In this document: positions 19,655-28,751 of the stretch, piece by piece
Layout of the letters: each line of letters begins with the position of its first letter
Numbering within the stretch: position 1 is the stretch's first letter
Assembly: GCA_963674865.2 (NCBI GenBank)
Contig: CAXXYE010000006.1
Coordinates: 96,001 to 160,000 of the forward strand
Reading direction: 5' to 3'
Origin: Candidatus Hydrogenedentota bacterium
Lineage (GTDB): Bacteria; Hydrogenedentota; Hydrogenedentia; Hydrogenedentales; SLHB01
Length of the DNA stretch: 64,000 nucleotides
The notes under the pieces: model-generated
Databases searched by the model: none
Seen by the model: only the letters and a program-made list of their open reading frames with translations
Told to the model about the DNA's origin: nothing
Program-made: the position numbers and the translations under genes

Positions 19655-19984
19655 ATGAGAGCAACCGTAATAGTCGCCCTGTTGTTGGCTGCGCTGCTGC
19701 TACCTGGATGTGGCGAGTCGGGTACCGCCGGCCCGGCGGCTGAAGAAGAGCAAGCGGCTCCCCCTCAGCAACAGGCCGAACCTCAGGCCAAGAGCAGCGA
19801 TGCGGCGCTCTTTGAAGCGAGTTGCAGCACATGCCACCCGATAGCTAAGACGAGCGACTATGACGGCGACGAGTCCTGGAGCGAGATCGTCACTGAGATG
19901 ATCGAGAAGCACGGCGCCAGGATATCGCCGGAAGATAGTCCGAAAATCGTCGCCTATCTCGATACGACATACCCGCGGCCCTGA
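19655..19984 (+). CDS. Monoheme c-type cytochrome lipoprotein
   Basis: Lipobox LPGC, CSTCH heme motif, W..IV.EM...GA with a likely distal Met. GAGGAGG RBS before ATG 19655. Confidence 0.85.
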   Translation: MRATVIVALLLAALLLPGCGESGTAGPAAEEEQAAPPQQQAEPQAKSSDAALFEASCSTCHPIAKTSDYDGDESWSEIVTEMIEKHGARISPEDSPKIVAYLDTTYPRP

Positions 19985-20070
19985 CAGGTCTTCCTATTCG
20001 CAATACGCGCCACGGCGTGCCGTGAAGTCTTGAGCCGACGCGATCTGGTTCAGCTAACGCGCGCGGGAGT

Positions 20071-22119
20071 TTGGTTGTTTTGTCCGTTGCTCTGATTCTC
20101 GTCGCATGTAGTCTCGTGGCTCTACCGGGGGAAGGGGATTACGTCGCCGGGTGCGCCGCCGAGCGAGACGGCAAATTCATCAAGGCGCAGGAGGCTTTTG
20201 CCCACTGCGCGCATACGGGAGGCCCCCTGCAAGCATTCGCCAAGGTGCGTGCTGCGCGGTGCCAAGCGCTCTCTGGAGATCTGCCGGGTGCGCTGGCATC
20301 GTGCGAGCATGTGCTGGCGGAGTGCGGGGACGGGCCATGGACAGGCATGGCCCATGCGGAGATCGCGGCCATCCAGGTGAAGGCAGGGGCGCCGGCGGAC
20401 GCCGCACAGCATTTCGCCCATGTCACTGCGGCGCGGCCGCACCTATGGTGGTTGGATCGGTACGAGTGGCAAGCGGCCGAGAACCTTTTATCCATGGAGG
20501 ATACAAAGGCCGAGGCGTACGCATTCTTCCGCAACATCGTGGAAACGGCCGGGTTCCGCAAGCCTCGGCTCGATGCGGCGGCTCTTCTCGCGGAATCGCC
20601 GAGCACCGAGGATCGCCTTTACGCAGCGCTTGGATTGTTGCGATCGGGTTCTTACAAGGACGGCGGCGAGGCCCTGCTCAGACTGGCGCCGGCGTTGGGC
20701 AGCACCACCGAAGACCTCTCCCACTGGGCAGACCTCAGCAGACGGATACTGACGGGACAGGCAGATCCTGCGGATGTGGCCGTGGTCTCCGACCACGAGG
20801 CCGCCGCTGACAAGCCTCTGGCGATCTGGCTCCGCCTCTGGTTCCTCTTCACCGTTAGGCAGTCAATCGCGAAGGGCTCGATCGATTCCGCGAGAACGGC
20901 GTGCGATCGGTTGGTGTCCGACTACCCCGGCTCCGTGGAAGCGGGCGACGCGCTGTGGCTGCTGGCGTGGACGTTGGCCAGAAAAGACGAACCGGCGGAC
21001 GCGATCAAGCAGTACCTCCGCCTAGTGGAGCAATGCCCCGGCCACTCGCGCGCTGACGATGCCCTGTCAACGGTTGCCCGCCTTCAGCTTTCCTTGGGAC
21101 AAGGCGGCGAGGCGCTTGCAATATGGAAGCGGCTGCGCGAACGATATCCCCAGAGCAGGTATGTCTCGGGGGCCTGCTTTGAAAGCGGCAGATATCTCGA
21201 GAGATCCGGCAATGCACGGAAGGCCCTTGAGCACTATGAAAAGGCACTGGCCGGCGGCCTGGGTGATTACTACGCACACCGGGCACTCGAGCGGCTGCAC
21301 GCCTTGGGCCATCCAGCCGAGATTGGACGAGGCCTCAAGGTCGATGGAAGGGACTCCTTCGTCCGCCCCATGCCGGACTATCTCGAGGTCATTCCTGAGA
21401 CGCCACAGGCCATGCTGGACGACCCGCGCATGCAGCGTTTGTTCTTCTTCGCCGGCGAAGGCTTGGACGAGGGCGAATGGGAGATCCTCGACCTAGCTCA
21501 AGCGCTTCCCCACGAACCAACGCTGCGCGTGCTCTATCAGGCTCTGTCCGAAGCGGGCCTGGCCTACTCGGCTCGGCAATTGGCCGAGGCCACCGGCTGG
21601 GGAACGACGGACAGCCGCAAGGACCTCGCGCGCCGACGCCTCGACTACCCTAAAGCATATTGGCGTGATGTCCTCGCCATGGCCAAGGAAACCGGCGTAG
21701 ACCCCTTCTTGATCCTCGCGGCGGCGCGGCAGGAGAGCACCTTCCGGCCGGCTTTGGTGTCTTCGGCGGGGGCGAGAGGCGTCATGCAGGTGATGCCCGC
21801 GACGGCCAAGTGGCTGGCGAAGATTGAGCCGAACATCTCGACAGAGCACGCCGCCCACCTCGAGCACCCGGGCAATTCACTCCGATTGGGCGCATACTAC
21901 CTCATGCGCATGATCGACCGTTCCGACGGCAATCTCGTCTACGCCCTTGCGTCATATAACGGAGGGCCCGGCAATTGTGACAAATGGCGCAGGCGCGCAC
22001 AGAATGCCGACCTTGACACCTTCGTGGAGTCCATCCCCTTCAGCGAAACGCGAGGCTACGTGAAGGCCGTTCTGGGCAATTACGCCGCCTATCATTCGCT
22101 TTATCCGCCCACCCCCTAA
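20071..22119 (+). CDS. slt: Soluble lytic transglycosylase with TPR repeats (Slt70-like)
   Basis: RQESTF, GARGVMQVMPATA, ASYNGGPG, ETRGYV. The N-terminal region is TPR-like. The start is uncertain. Confidence 0.9.
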   Translation: MVVLSVALILVACSLVALPGEGDYVAGCAAERDGKFIKAQEAFAHCAHTGGPLQAFAKVRAARCQALSGDLPGALASCEHVLAECGDGPWTGMAHAEIAAIQVKAGAPADAAQHFAHVTAARPHLWWLDRYEWQAAENLLSMEDTKAEAYAFFRNIVETAGFRKPRLDAAALLAESPSTEDRLYAALGLLRSGSYKDGGEALLRLAPALGSTTEDLSHWADLSRRILTGQADPADVAVVSDHEAAADKPLAIWLRLWFLFTVRQSIAKGSIDSARTACDRLVSDYPGSVEAGDALWLLAWTLARKDEPADAIKQYLRLVEQCPGHSRADDALSTVARLQLSLGQGGEALAIWKRLRERYPQSRYVSGACFESGRYLERSGNARKALEHYEKALAGGLGDYYAHRALERLHALGHPAEIGRGLKVDGRDSFVRPMPDYLEVIPETPQAMLDDPRMQRLFFFAGEGLDEGEWEILDLAQALPHEPTLRVLYQALSEAGLAYSARQLAEATGWGTTDSRKDLARRRLDYPKAYWRDVLAMAKETGVDPFLILAAARQESTFRPALVSSAGARGVMQVMPATAKWLAKIEPNISTEHAAHLEHPGNSLRLGAYYLMRMIDRSDGNLVYALASYNGGPGNCDKWRRRAQNADLDTFVESIPFSETRGYVKAVLGNYAAYHSLYPPTP

Positions 22120-22292
22120 CAGCGCGAGTCGCTCGTGCTCTCCAGGCAAGGCACCATTTCTACTCGCCACTCCCGTCGAGACCGCTTCGAGCAAGATCAA
22201 CACGACGCGGGAAACATGATAAGTCCCAAAGGCTTGGGAGTGCACGGCAATGCGGATTTTGGCGCATATGGCGCATCGCAGATGTTTAATCG

Positions 22293-22317
22293 TAAGTTAT
22301 TGCAAAACAATCAGTTA
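22293..22317. promoter_or_regulatory. Imperfect palindrome, IHF-like or transcription-factor site, in an AT-rich intergenic region
   Basis: TAAGTTATTG-CAAAA-CAATCAGTTA (8/10 complementary arms). The right half AAACAATCAGTTA differs by one base from WATCAANNNNTTR. Confidence 0.45.
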
Positions 22318-22661
22318 GAATGTTAATACTATGTAGAATGTTGAAATTCCCCGAAATATGTGGCATAATTCGCCATGAGGGTAAAAAGTGCGTTTTCTTG
22401 GTCATTGCGCTATGGCCAAGAGGAAAGGCGAGGGACTGAGACAGTGTCCGTGGATATAAGGCACAGCTTCGTCTGGACTTCCAAGGGCCACTTCGACGAC
22501 TGCGGCCGCTTCGACTGAACCACACCAACACATCGCCCTTCCTGTGGCTTCTGCGTGGTGATGCCGTCGGTGAATCGCGCATCGGAAGTTGTCAGTTGTT
22601 CTGGTTTTGACATTCTTGGGCCTTGGCCGTTGCCAAGGCAAGAGACGAGGTCACCTGACAC

Positions 22662-24857
22662 ATGAACGAGGGGAAGCAACAGGAGGGCATGGCCCTTGTC
22701 GCGGTCATGTTTGTCGTCATCGTTGTTTTGGGAGCCGTAGCGCTAACGACGCTCCGGGGGCATTCCGCCAGCACATTCGCGGAGATGACCATCAACAATC
22801 TGAAGGCGCGGGAGGTCTGCAAGGCTGGAATTGATCTTGGCGTTTACGAGCTTTGGGGGAAGTACGTGGAGGAGCAGGGCGGTACTCCAGGCAACCTAAC
22901 CTCATATCTCGAGTACCTCGACGGCGTTGTGGCGAGTAGCGACGATCCCAACACATCGCCGACGCCTTTGATCACGCAGCCGCGCGAGTTGAACGGCGGC
23001 GAAGGTCGCGTTCTTGCGTTAACCGTGACGCGGGCTGACGACGTCTCGGGCACAACCTTGACTATCTCGGCAACCGGCGAGTCAGACCTCACGGAGCAGT
23101 CCGCTACTCAACAGACACGTGTGGCAGGCGTGCGCTTCCGGGGATTCGAGTTCTGCGTGCTAGCCAACAACATCAACTGCATTCTTTGCCACGCTACCTT
23201 TCACGCGCAGGACCTCGAAGAGAACATGGACGCATCCCTCTATGGATCTTATGACAGGATCAAGGTGGGCTCGCTGGAGTCGCTGCTTGTCCGGAAGGGC
23301 ACCAACGCCTTTTCCGCAAATTCCGCAGTGGCCGGAACGGTCTACACGCGAGGGAGCGTGCGTAACGAGAATTTCCAAGAGTATTCCGCTGACGGCTTGG
23401 CCACATCGTCATTTACAGGTTACGAGATGGACTCCGCCACCGGCCAACTGGCTCAAGACGGCTCGGGCAATATGATCTCCACCCCGTTCGTGAATGGCGA
23501 AAACGATCCCGAAGGATATCTTCTTCCCTACGCAAATCTTTACATGAATTATCCGACGGACGATACCTTCATGACGGATGGGGAATTGCCGCTCTCGTTT
23601 CCGGCGCCGTTCCCCGACCTCAATGGTGATCGAACTGTGAATGACGACGAGTTCGAGCCCGTCATGGACACGGCCTACCAGAACGCCTCGATCTCCGGGG
23701 GCATTGTGTATGGTGTGCCGGAGGGCGCCACGTATGACGGCGTCGCGTTGCCAAGCGGCTCAAGCAGCAACGGAGCGGCCGCAAGTCTCGCCTCGGGCAA
23801 TTACGACGGCAACGTGATTCTTGTCGGCACCGAGGCCAATCCCATTGAGATCGACGGCGCGGTGGCCATTGACGGGGATCTCGTGATCGCGGGGACAGTC
23901 AAGGGTTGGGGCCAGATCAACGTCCGAAACAACGTCTATATTGTCGGGGACGTGACGTACCAGAATGACACCAGCGAGCCGTTCGGGACGGCGCCGGATG
24001 GCACGGAGAACGGGCTTGCCGTGGCCGCCGGCGGCAGCATCATGATGGGGGATTACCTTACCCGCCGCGCCAAGGACAAGTTGTATTCCTACGACATCTG
24101 GAGCGACTGCTTCGTCGATGTGCGTCAGACGCACAAGACGGTGAACGCATCCGCCTGGCCTTGGCAGCAGGTCTACAAGGACGTCGGATACTTCGACGAC
24201 GATGTCGTGGATCCAGGCGGAAGCGCAACATCCTCAGAAGGCTACATGGAACACAATATGAGCTTCACCGCCTCCGAGTTGAGTCAGTTCAACTTCATCG
24301 AACATGAACTCGCTGCGGCCGATGCCGGCTACGTCCCGCGATACTACCAGTTGCGCGACAGCGCGCCCATCTACGAATACACGGGCCAGGACAATGAAAG
24401 CACCGGCCACGCGCTCGTGTATAACAATCCCTATGTCGAGGCCCTATCTTCCTCAGACTTGGCGCGTGGCGCCATCCATAGTCTGAATCCGGCGGACAAC
24501 TGGCTAACCGAAGATCAACTCAGACAGATCTGGTACAACGACGAAATGAGTCGGCCCGATAGCGGCCGCCCCTTTGAATTTCACGGACTTCTGTATTCGA
24601 ACAACGCCATCTTCTGCATAACACGCAGCAAGACCACCCACAACTCCAACACGAGGGGCCAATTGATCGTTCGGGGCGGCATTGTTACCGCGGATCTAGG
24701 CGTGCTTGTGCCGGGCTGGGACCCCAACGCCATGTCGCGCGATGGCTTCCAGATGTACTACGACCGGCGCGTGGCAAACATGCTTCGGGTGGAGGATCCG
24801 CTGGAGGTCGAATTCACGCGTCATGCCTTCCGGTGGGAACTTCCCGACACAGGTTGA
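22662..24857 (+). CDS. Large PilX/GspK-like prepilin protein with a CxxCH motif
   Basis: Class III signal QQEG^MALVAVMFVVIVVL without Glu5. A.EVCKAGID PilX-like helix, CILCH at 23178-23192, DLNGDRTVNDDE Ca-loop, beta-solenoid-like G-D/N-V/L-x-I repeats. Confidence 0.75.
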   Translation: MNEGKQQEGMALVAVMFVVIVVLGAVALTTLRGHSASTFAEMTINNLKAREVCKAGIDLGVYELWGKYVEEQGGTPGNLTSYLEYLDGVVASSDDPNTSPTPLITQPRELNGGEGRVLALTVTRADDVSGTTLTISATGESDLTEQSATQQTRVAGVRFRGFEFCVLANNINCILCHATFHAQDLEENMDASLYGSYDRIKVGSLESLLVRKGTNAFSANSAVAGTVYTRGSVRNENFQEYSADGLATSSFTGYEMDSATGQLAQDGSGNMISTPFVNGENDPEGYLLPYANLYMNYPTDDTFMTDGELPLSFPAPFPDLNGDRTVNDDEFEPVMDTAYQNASISGGIVYGVPEGATYDGVALPSGSSSNGAAASLASGNYDGNVILVGTEANPIEIDGAVAIDGDLVIAGTVKGWGQINVRNNVYIVGDVTYQNDTSEPFGTAPDGTENGLAVAAGGSIMMGDYLTRRAKDKLYSYDIWSDCFVDVRQTHKTVNASAWPWQQVYKDVGYFDDDVVDPGGSATSSEGYMEHNMSFTASELSQFNFIEHELAAADAGYVPRYYQLRDSAPIYEYTGQDNESTGHALVYNNPYVEALSSSDLARGAIHSLNPADNWLTEDQLRQIWYNDEMSRPDSGRPFEFHGLLYSNNAIFCITRSKTTHNSNTRGQLIVRGGIVTADLGVLVPGWDPNAMSRDGFQMYYDRRVANMLRVEDPLEVEFTRHAFRWELPDTG

Positions 24858-24885
24858 GGCAACACAAGAACAGGCAGAGCATATC

Positions 24886-25806
24886 ATGCGGAACGCTATC
24901 CTCTCCGCCTTCGTGGTTTTATCCTTCTCACTCACAGGCGCGGCCGACACTCTGTTCTTCAAGGATGGCAGCTCACTCGAAGGCAAGGTACAACGTGTGA
25001 ACGAGAACACGATCGCGCTCGTTGTCGGCCAAGGGCGCATGCAATTCCAGACTTCGGAAATCGAGCGCATCGAGGAAAACGACAAACAGGGCGACTACCA
25101 ACTTGTCAGCCCTATGGCCACGAGACACGATCGTGCCCTGAAGGCTCGAACGGGATTGACGCGAGAACAGCGAAACTTGGTGCGCCGGCACATTTCAGGA
25201 CTGACATCCGCTAGCGGCGCGGAGCGCTTGGAGGCCCGGAAGGCCCTTATTCAACTTGGCGAGGAGGTCGACATCTTCCCGTTCCTTAAGGAGGCCGCGC
25301 CGTTCTTGCCGGCCGACAGGTCGCCGGAGGTGCTTCGGGTCCTTTGGGAACTCGATCCTAAGAGGGCAAAGCCCGTTTTGATGGAGATGACGACGAACGC
25401 CCTTTCGACTAACCGAGCGCAGGCGCTCGAACTCATGTGCACGGATGAAAAGGCCGACGAGTCCGCGCGGACGCAACTGGCGCAGTTGGTGGCACGGGGC
25501 ATGGTGGATCCGTCAGCGGATGTTCGGATCGCCGCAGCGAAGGGCCTTGGCGCTTTGGGCGCCAAGGGCGCAACTCCCGCTCTCATTGAGGGGGCCAGAA
25601 GTTCCAATCCGCGACTGCAAGGGGCATGCAAAGAAGCGCTCGAGAAAATCTGGCGCATTGATCCGAATCTGGCCGAGGGTATGGATTGGGACACGTTGTG
25701 GAATGATAACAAGCAGATCGTCAGGGAGCCTCTTCAGTGTGATTCTTTGGAGCCTTTGTACAAGCCGGAGGTCGAAGGACAAGCCCCTTACTTCCTAGCG
25801 CGCTGA
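24886..25806 (+). CDS. Exported HEAT-repeat protein with an N-terminal small beta domain
   Basis: Signal peptide. DTLFFKDGSSLEGKV N-terminal motif. HEAT-like DPSADVRIAAAKGLGALG. Start set at ATG 24886. Confidence 0.75.
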   Translation: MRNAILSAFVVLSFSLTGAADTLFFKDGSSLEGKVQRVNENTIALVVGQGRMQFQTSEIERIEENDKQGDYQLVSPMATRHDRALKARTGLTREQRNLVRRHISGLTSASGAERLEARKALIQLGEEVDIFPFLKEAAPFLPADRSPEVLRVLWELDPKRAKPVLMEMTTNALSTNRAQALELMCTDEKADESARTQLAQLVARGMVDPSADVRIAAAKGLGALGAKGATPALIEGARSSNPRLQGACKEALEKIWRIDPNLAEGMDWDTLWNDNKQIVREPLQCDSLEPLYKPEVEGQAPYFLAR

Positions 25807-26273
25807 TACGCAGGTACTTATCCCGTCTGCCGCAAGCTTGCACCACACCTACGGCCCGATGGCGATGCACGCAAAGTATATGACGCCGTGGTACATGTAG
25901 TGATAATCTGGAAAATCCATGCTCGCGTGTTCCAAGCACGAGTTCCCCCCGTCCTTGTTTGTCGGTTTGAGCGTGATGGCCCTGTGCGCCACTCCTTTGG
26001 AAATCGATCCTTTCCCCGTTTGTCTCTCGCGTGAAACGACAGCCCCGCCGGCCGGCAACGCAACGCGTCCCAGCGCCGGCTCCCGGGATGAAGGCGTAGA
26101 CACTTTTTGAGCCGGGAGCAGGGCACATCACGCGCGCAGTTGAGCGCCACATACACAGCCGATAGAGGCCATCAGATGAATCGACCACATCCGCTCGTAC
26201 ATTGCGAATCCGGCAGCATCTAGGGACGCCCACCCCAACCGCGTCGTCGTATCCTGAAGCGATCCCCGGCTCG

Positions 26274-26474
26274 CTAGAGGGGACGCACGTCTCGGGCTTC
26301 GGGCCCTTTTCGGCCGGGCCCAACTTCGAACTCTACGCGCTGGTTATCCGAGAGCCTTTGGTCGGGCGTTTGGACATTGGAGCGATGGACGAAGACGTCA
26401 TCGCTGGAATCGTCGGGGCTGATGAACCCAAACCCTTTTTGATCGTTGAAGAACTTCACGGTGCCTGTCGCCAA
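26274..26474 (-). CDS. cspA: Cold-shock protein (CSD)
   Basis: GTVKFFNDQKGFGFI, DVFVH, KGPEA. TTG start with GGAG RBS. Confidence 0.95.
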   Translation of the reverse strand: MATGTVKFFNDQKGFGFISPDDSSDDVFVHRSNVQTPDQRLSDNQRVEFEVGPGRKGPEARDVRPL

Positions 26475-26539
26475 TGATATACACTCCAGTTAGGGGTCGT
26501 GGGACGGCGAAAACCGACGTGTTCTCACCCTCACACAGA

Positions 26540-26689
26540 CTATTCTTCCTCTTCTTGTGTCTCTTCCGCTACGCCATCTTCCTCGGGAGGGTGGTTCTTG
26601 GCCAGCTTGCGCTGCCTCTTCTCTTCTTTCTTCTTCTTCTTCGCCAGCTCTTTCTGGCGCTTTGCATAGCTATACTTATTCCGTGCCAA
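26540..26689 (-). CDS. 49-aa Lys-rich small protein with an acidic tail (absent from the ORF track)
   Basis: Manual translation: MARNKYSYAKRQKELAKKKKKEEKRQRKLAKNHPPEEDGVAEETQEEEE*. Strong GGGAGGTG RBS before the TTG start. Confidence 0.8.
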   Translation of the reverse strand: MARNKYSYAKRQKELAKKKKKEEKRQRKLAKNHPPEEDGVAEETQEEEE

Positions 26690-27057
26690 TGCTGTCACCT
26701 CCCTCGGATTGCCCGCCGTTCACTGAGGATAAGGCCCACCCTCCGTGTTGATGGTTTCCTGCCAATGAACTTGCCTGAAAATGCCGTCGGCGGCCGCTGT
26801 CCTGAGGCCAAGTGCCGCCGCATCAGGCAAACCAGGACTCATCCACGTCCCGAAACGCGCCACCGGCATGTATCAAGTACCATAGGCTGCGTCGTGTCAT
26901 AATGCAAATTACTCCAAGAACCGCACGTAGCCTTGCTATGCCGGCACCCATCTCAGAGTCCGGTGCGAGACTACATGAGGCGGCCCCCTTAAACAGCTTG
27001 AAACACACGCGGGACACCCGCTATGTTCTGCTCATTCAATCCGGGAGTCCAAAATTT

Positions 27058-27807
27058 ATGAGAAACTGGCTGGGTGTGGCAACGGGCGTGGCGCTTTCGC
27101 TTGCAGGATGCGCCACCACGCTTCCGAAGATAGACGTCGCTGAACAATCTGGGATTCCTACCGGCTTCATTAACAAGAGCCTCATGACAGAGGACAAACG
27201 GCGGCCCTATGTCGTTTACGTGCCGCGAGACTATGATCCTCGGAAACCTTGGCCCCTTATTCTGTTCCTGCACGGCGCGGGCGAACGGGGCGATGACGGC
27301 CTCCGACAAACCGAGGTCGGCATCGGCCACGCCGTTAGGCTGTCGCCAAAGGGCTTTCCCTGTTTGGTCGTCATGCCGCAGTGTCCTGAGAAGGTGTGGT
27401 GGGACGCCGTGGCCTCGGATATCGAGACTGCTCTCACGCAGACGCTCGGCGAGTACAACGTCGACCCGCAGCGCATCTACCTGACGGGCCTGTCCATGGG
27501 GGGCTTCGCCACCTGGATGCTCGGCGCGCAGAAACCGGAGGTCTTTGCCGCACTGATGCCTATCTGCGGCGGCGGCAACATCGAAGACGCTCCCGCCTTG
27601 GCCTCGACACCCATCTGGGCGTTTCACGGCGCCGATGATCTGACAGTCCCGCCCGAGAAATCACGCGAGATGGTGGACGCCGTCAGGGAAGCCGGCGGCA
27701 GCGTCAAATACACCGAGTTCCCCGAGACAGGGCACAATTCGTGGGACAAGGCCTACGGCGATCCCAAGGCCATTAGCTGGCTCCTCAAACAGAAGAAGCC
27801 GCAATAG
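27058..27807 (+). CDS. Alpha/beta-hydrolase lipoprotein (predicted peptidase/esterase, COG4099-like)
   Basis: Lipobox LAGC, LFLHGAGERG, GLSMGG nucleophile motif, FHGADD, GHNSW. Confidence 0.9.
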   Translation: MRNWLGVATGVALSLAGCATTLPKIDVAEQSGIPTGFINKSLMTEDKRRPYVVYVPRDYDPRKPWPLILFLHGAGERGDDGLRQTEVGIGHAVRLSPKGFPCLVVMPQCPEKVWWDAVASDIETALTQTLGEYNVDPQRIYLTGLSMGGFATWMLGAQKPEVFAALMPICGGGNIEDAPALASTPIWAFHGADDLTVPPEKSREMVDAVREAGGSVKYTEFPETGHNSWDKAYGDPKAISWLLKQKKPQ

Positions 27808-27829
27808 GGGGCGCCTCGGCATCCCGAGC

Positions 27830-27854
27830 CCGTCGGGCCGCCGCGGCCCGACGG
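27830..27854. terminator. GC-rich hairpin between convergent genes (possible terminator)
   Basis: CCGTCGGGCCG-ccg-CGGCCCGACGG, an 11-bp perfect stem. There is no U-tract. Confidence 0.4.
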
Positions 27855-28025
27855 ACAGGGCGGTTCAGCAGACATTACTTGGTGCGCCCTGCGCTGACGT
27901 CGCTAGGGGTGCGGCCAGAAAGCCACCGAATAACGGGGACCGACAATTCCGGACATTGAGACAAAAAGACTTACAAGTGCTTTCTGGCCGCATCCCGCCA
28001 GGAACCGCATTTTCAGGCCAGGCCT

Positions 28026-28748
28026 CTAGGCCAGATCGCCTTCCCGAAGGATGTCGTTGATAATCGCGCCCGCCGCGGTCAGGCCGATCAAGCCGGGGAC
28101 GTACGATATCGTTCCCTGCGCGCGGTCGTCTTCCTGCTGAGGGGCCCCTCCTGCCTTCCCTGAGAGCGGAGTCGCCTCGCAGTAGACACATCGCACGCCG
28201 GAGCTGACGCCCTGCTTCCTCAATCCAAGCCGGACGGCTCGAGCCAGTGGGCAATGCCGCGTCGCGCCGATGTCCGCCACGGCCACGCCGCCCGGCGCCA
28301 GCCGCCGCGCCGCTCCCATGCACGACACGAATCGGACGCCACGCGCGCGCAAGGCCAGGAGAAGATGAATCTTCGCCTTGACGTCGTCGATGGCGTCAAC
28401 GGCGAATTCGAGCGCCTCGGGCAGCATATCCTTCGCATTGTCCGGAGTCACTTGGACTTGGGCGACTGTGACGGCCACATCCGGATTGATCTTCAGGATG
28501 CGTTCGCGTGCCGCCACCACCTTCGGAACACCGAGAGCGTCCTCCGTAGCGAGAATCTGACGGTTCAGATTGCTGGCCTCGATCACGTCGGAATCGACTA
28601 GATGGATATGCCCGGCACCGGCTCTCGCCAAGGCTTCAAGGGCATAGCCGCCTACACCGCCCAAGCCAAACACGGCAACGTGGGCGTTCGCCAGTCTTGC
28701 CAGGCCGGCATCGCCCACGAGTGAACGCGTCCTCGAGAAACGTGTCAT
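28026..28748 (-). CDS. tcdA: tRNA threonylcarbamoyladenosine dehydratase (ThiF family)
   Basis: RFSRT, GLGGVG, SNLNRQ, VDAIDD, CMGAA, CPLARAVR, GTISYVP. Confidence 0.9.
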   Translation of the reverse strand: MTRFSRTRSLVGDAGLARLANAHVAVFGLGGVGGYALEALARAGAGHIHLVDSDVIEASNLNRQILATEDALGVPKVVAARERILKINPDVAVTVAQVQVTPDNAKDMLPEALEFAVDAIDDVKAKIHLLLALRARGVRFVSCMGAARRLAPGGVAVADIGATRHCPLARAVRLGLRKQGVSSGVRCVYCEATPLSGKAGGAPQQEDDRAQGTISYVPGLIGLTAAGAIINDILREGDLA

Positions 28749-28751
28749 CAG

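Noticed and set aside
22259..22276. Possible sigma54 promoter (GG-N10-GC)
   Set aside because: It lacks the TTGC -12 element. I kept it only as a direct repeat.
26600..26645. (CTT)n microsatellite-like run
   Set aside because: It is explained by poly-Lys/Glu codons on the minus strand.
26474..26902. 142-aa Phe/Leu-rich plus-strand ORF that looks like a membrane protein
   Set aside because: Its hydrophobicity is the reverse complement of the AAG/GAA codons of the Lys/Glu-rich small gene, which has the strong SD.
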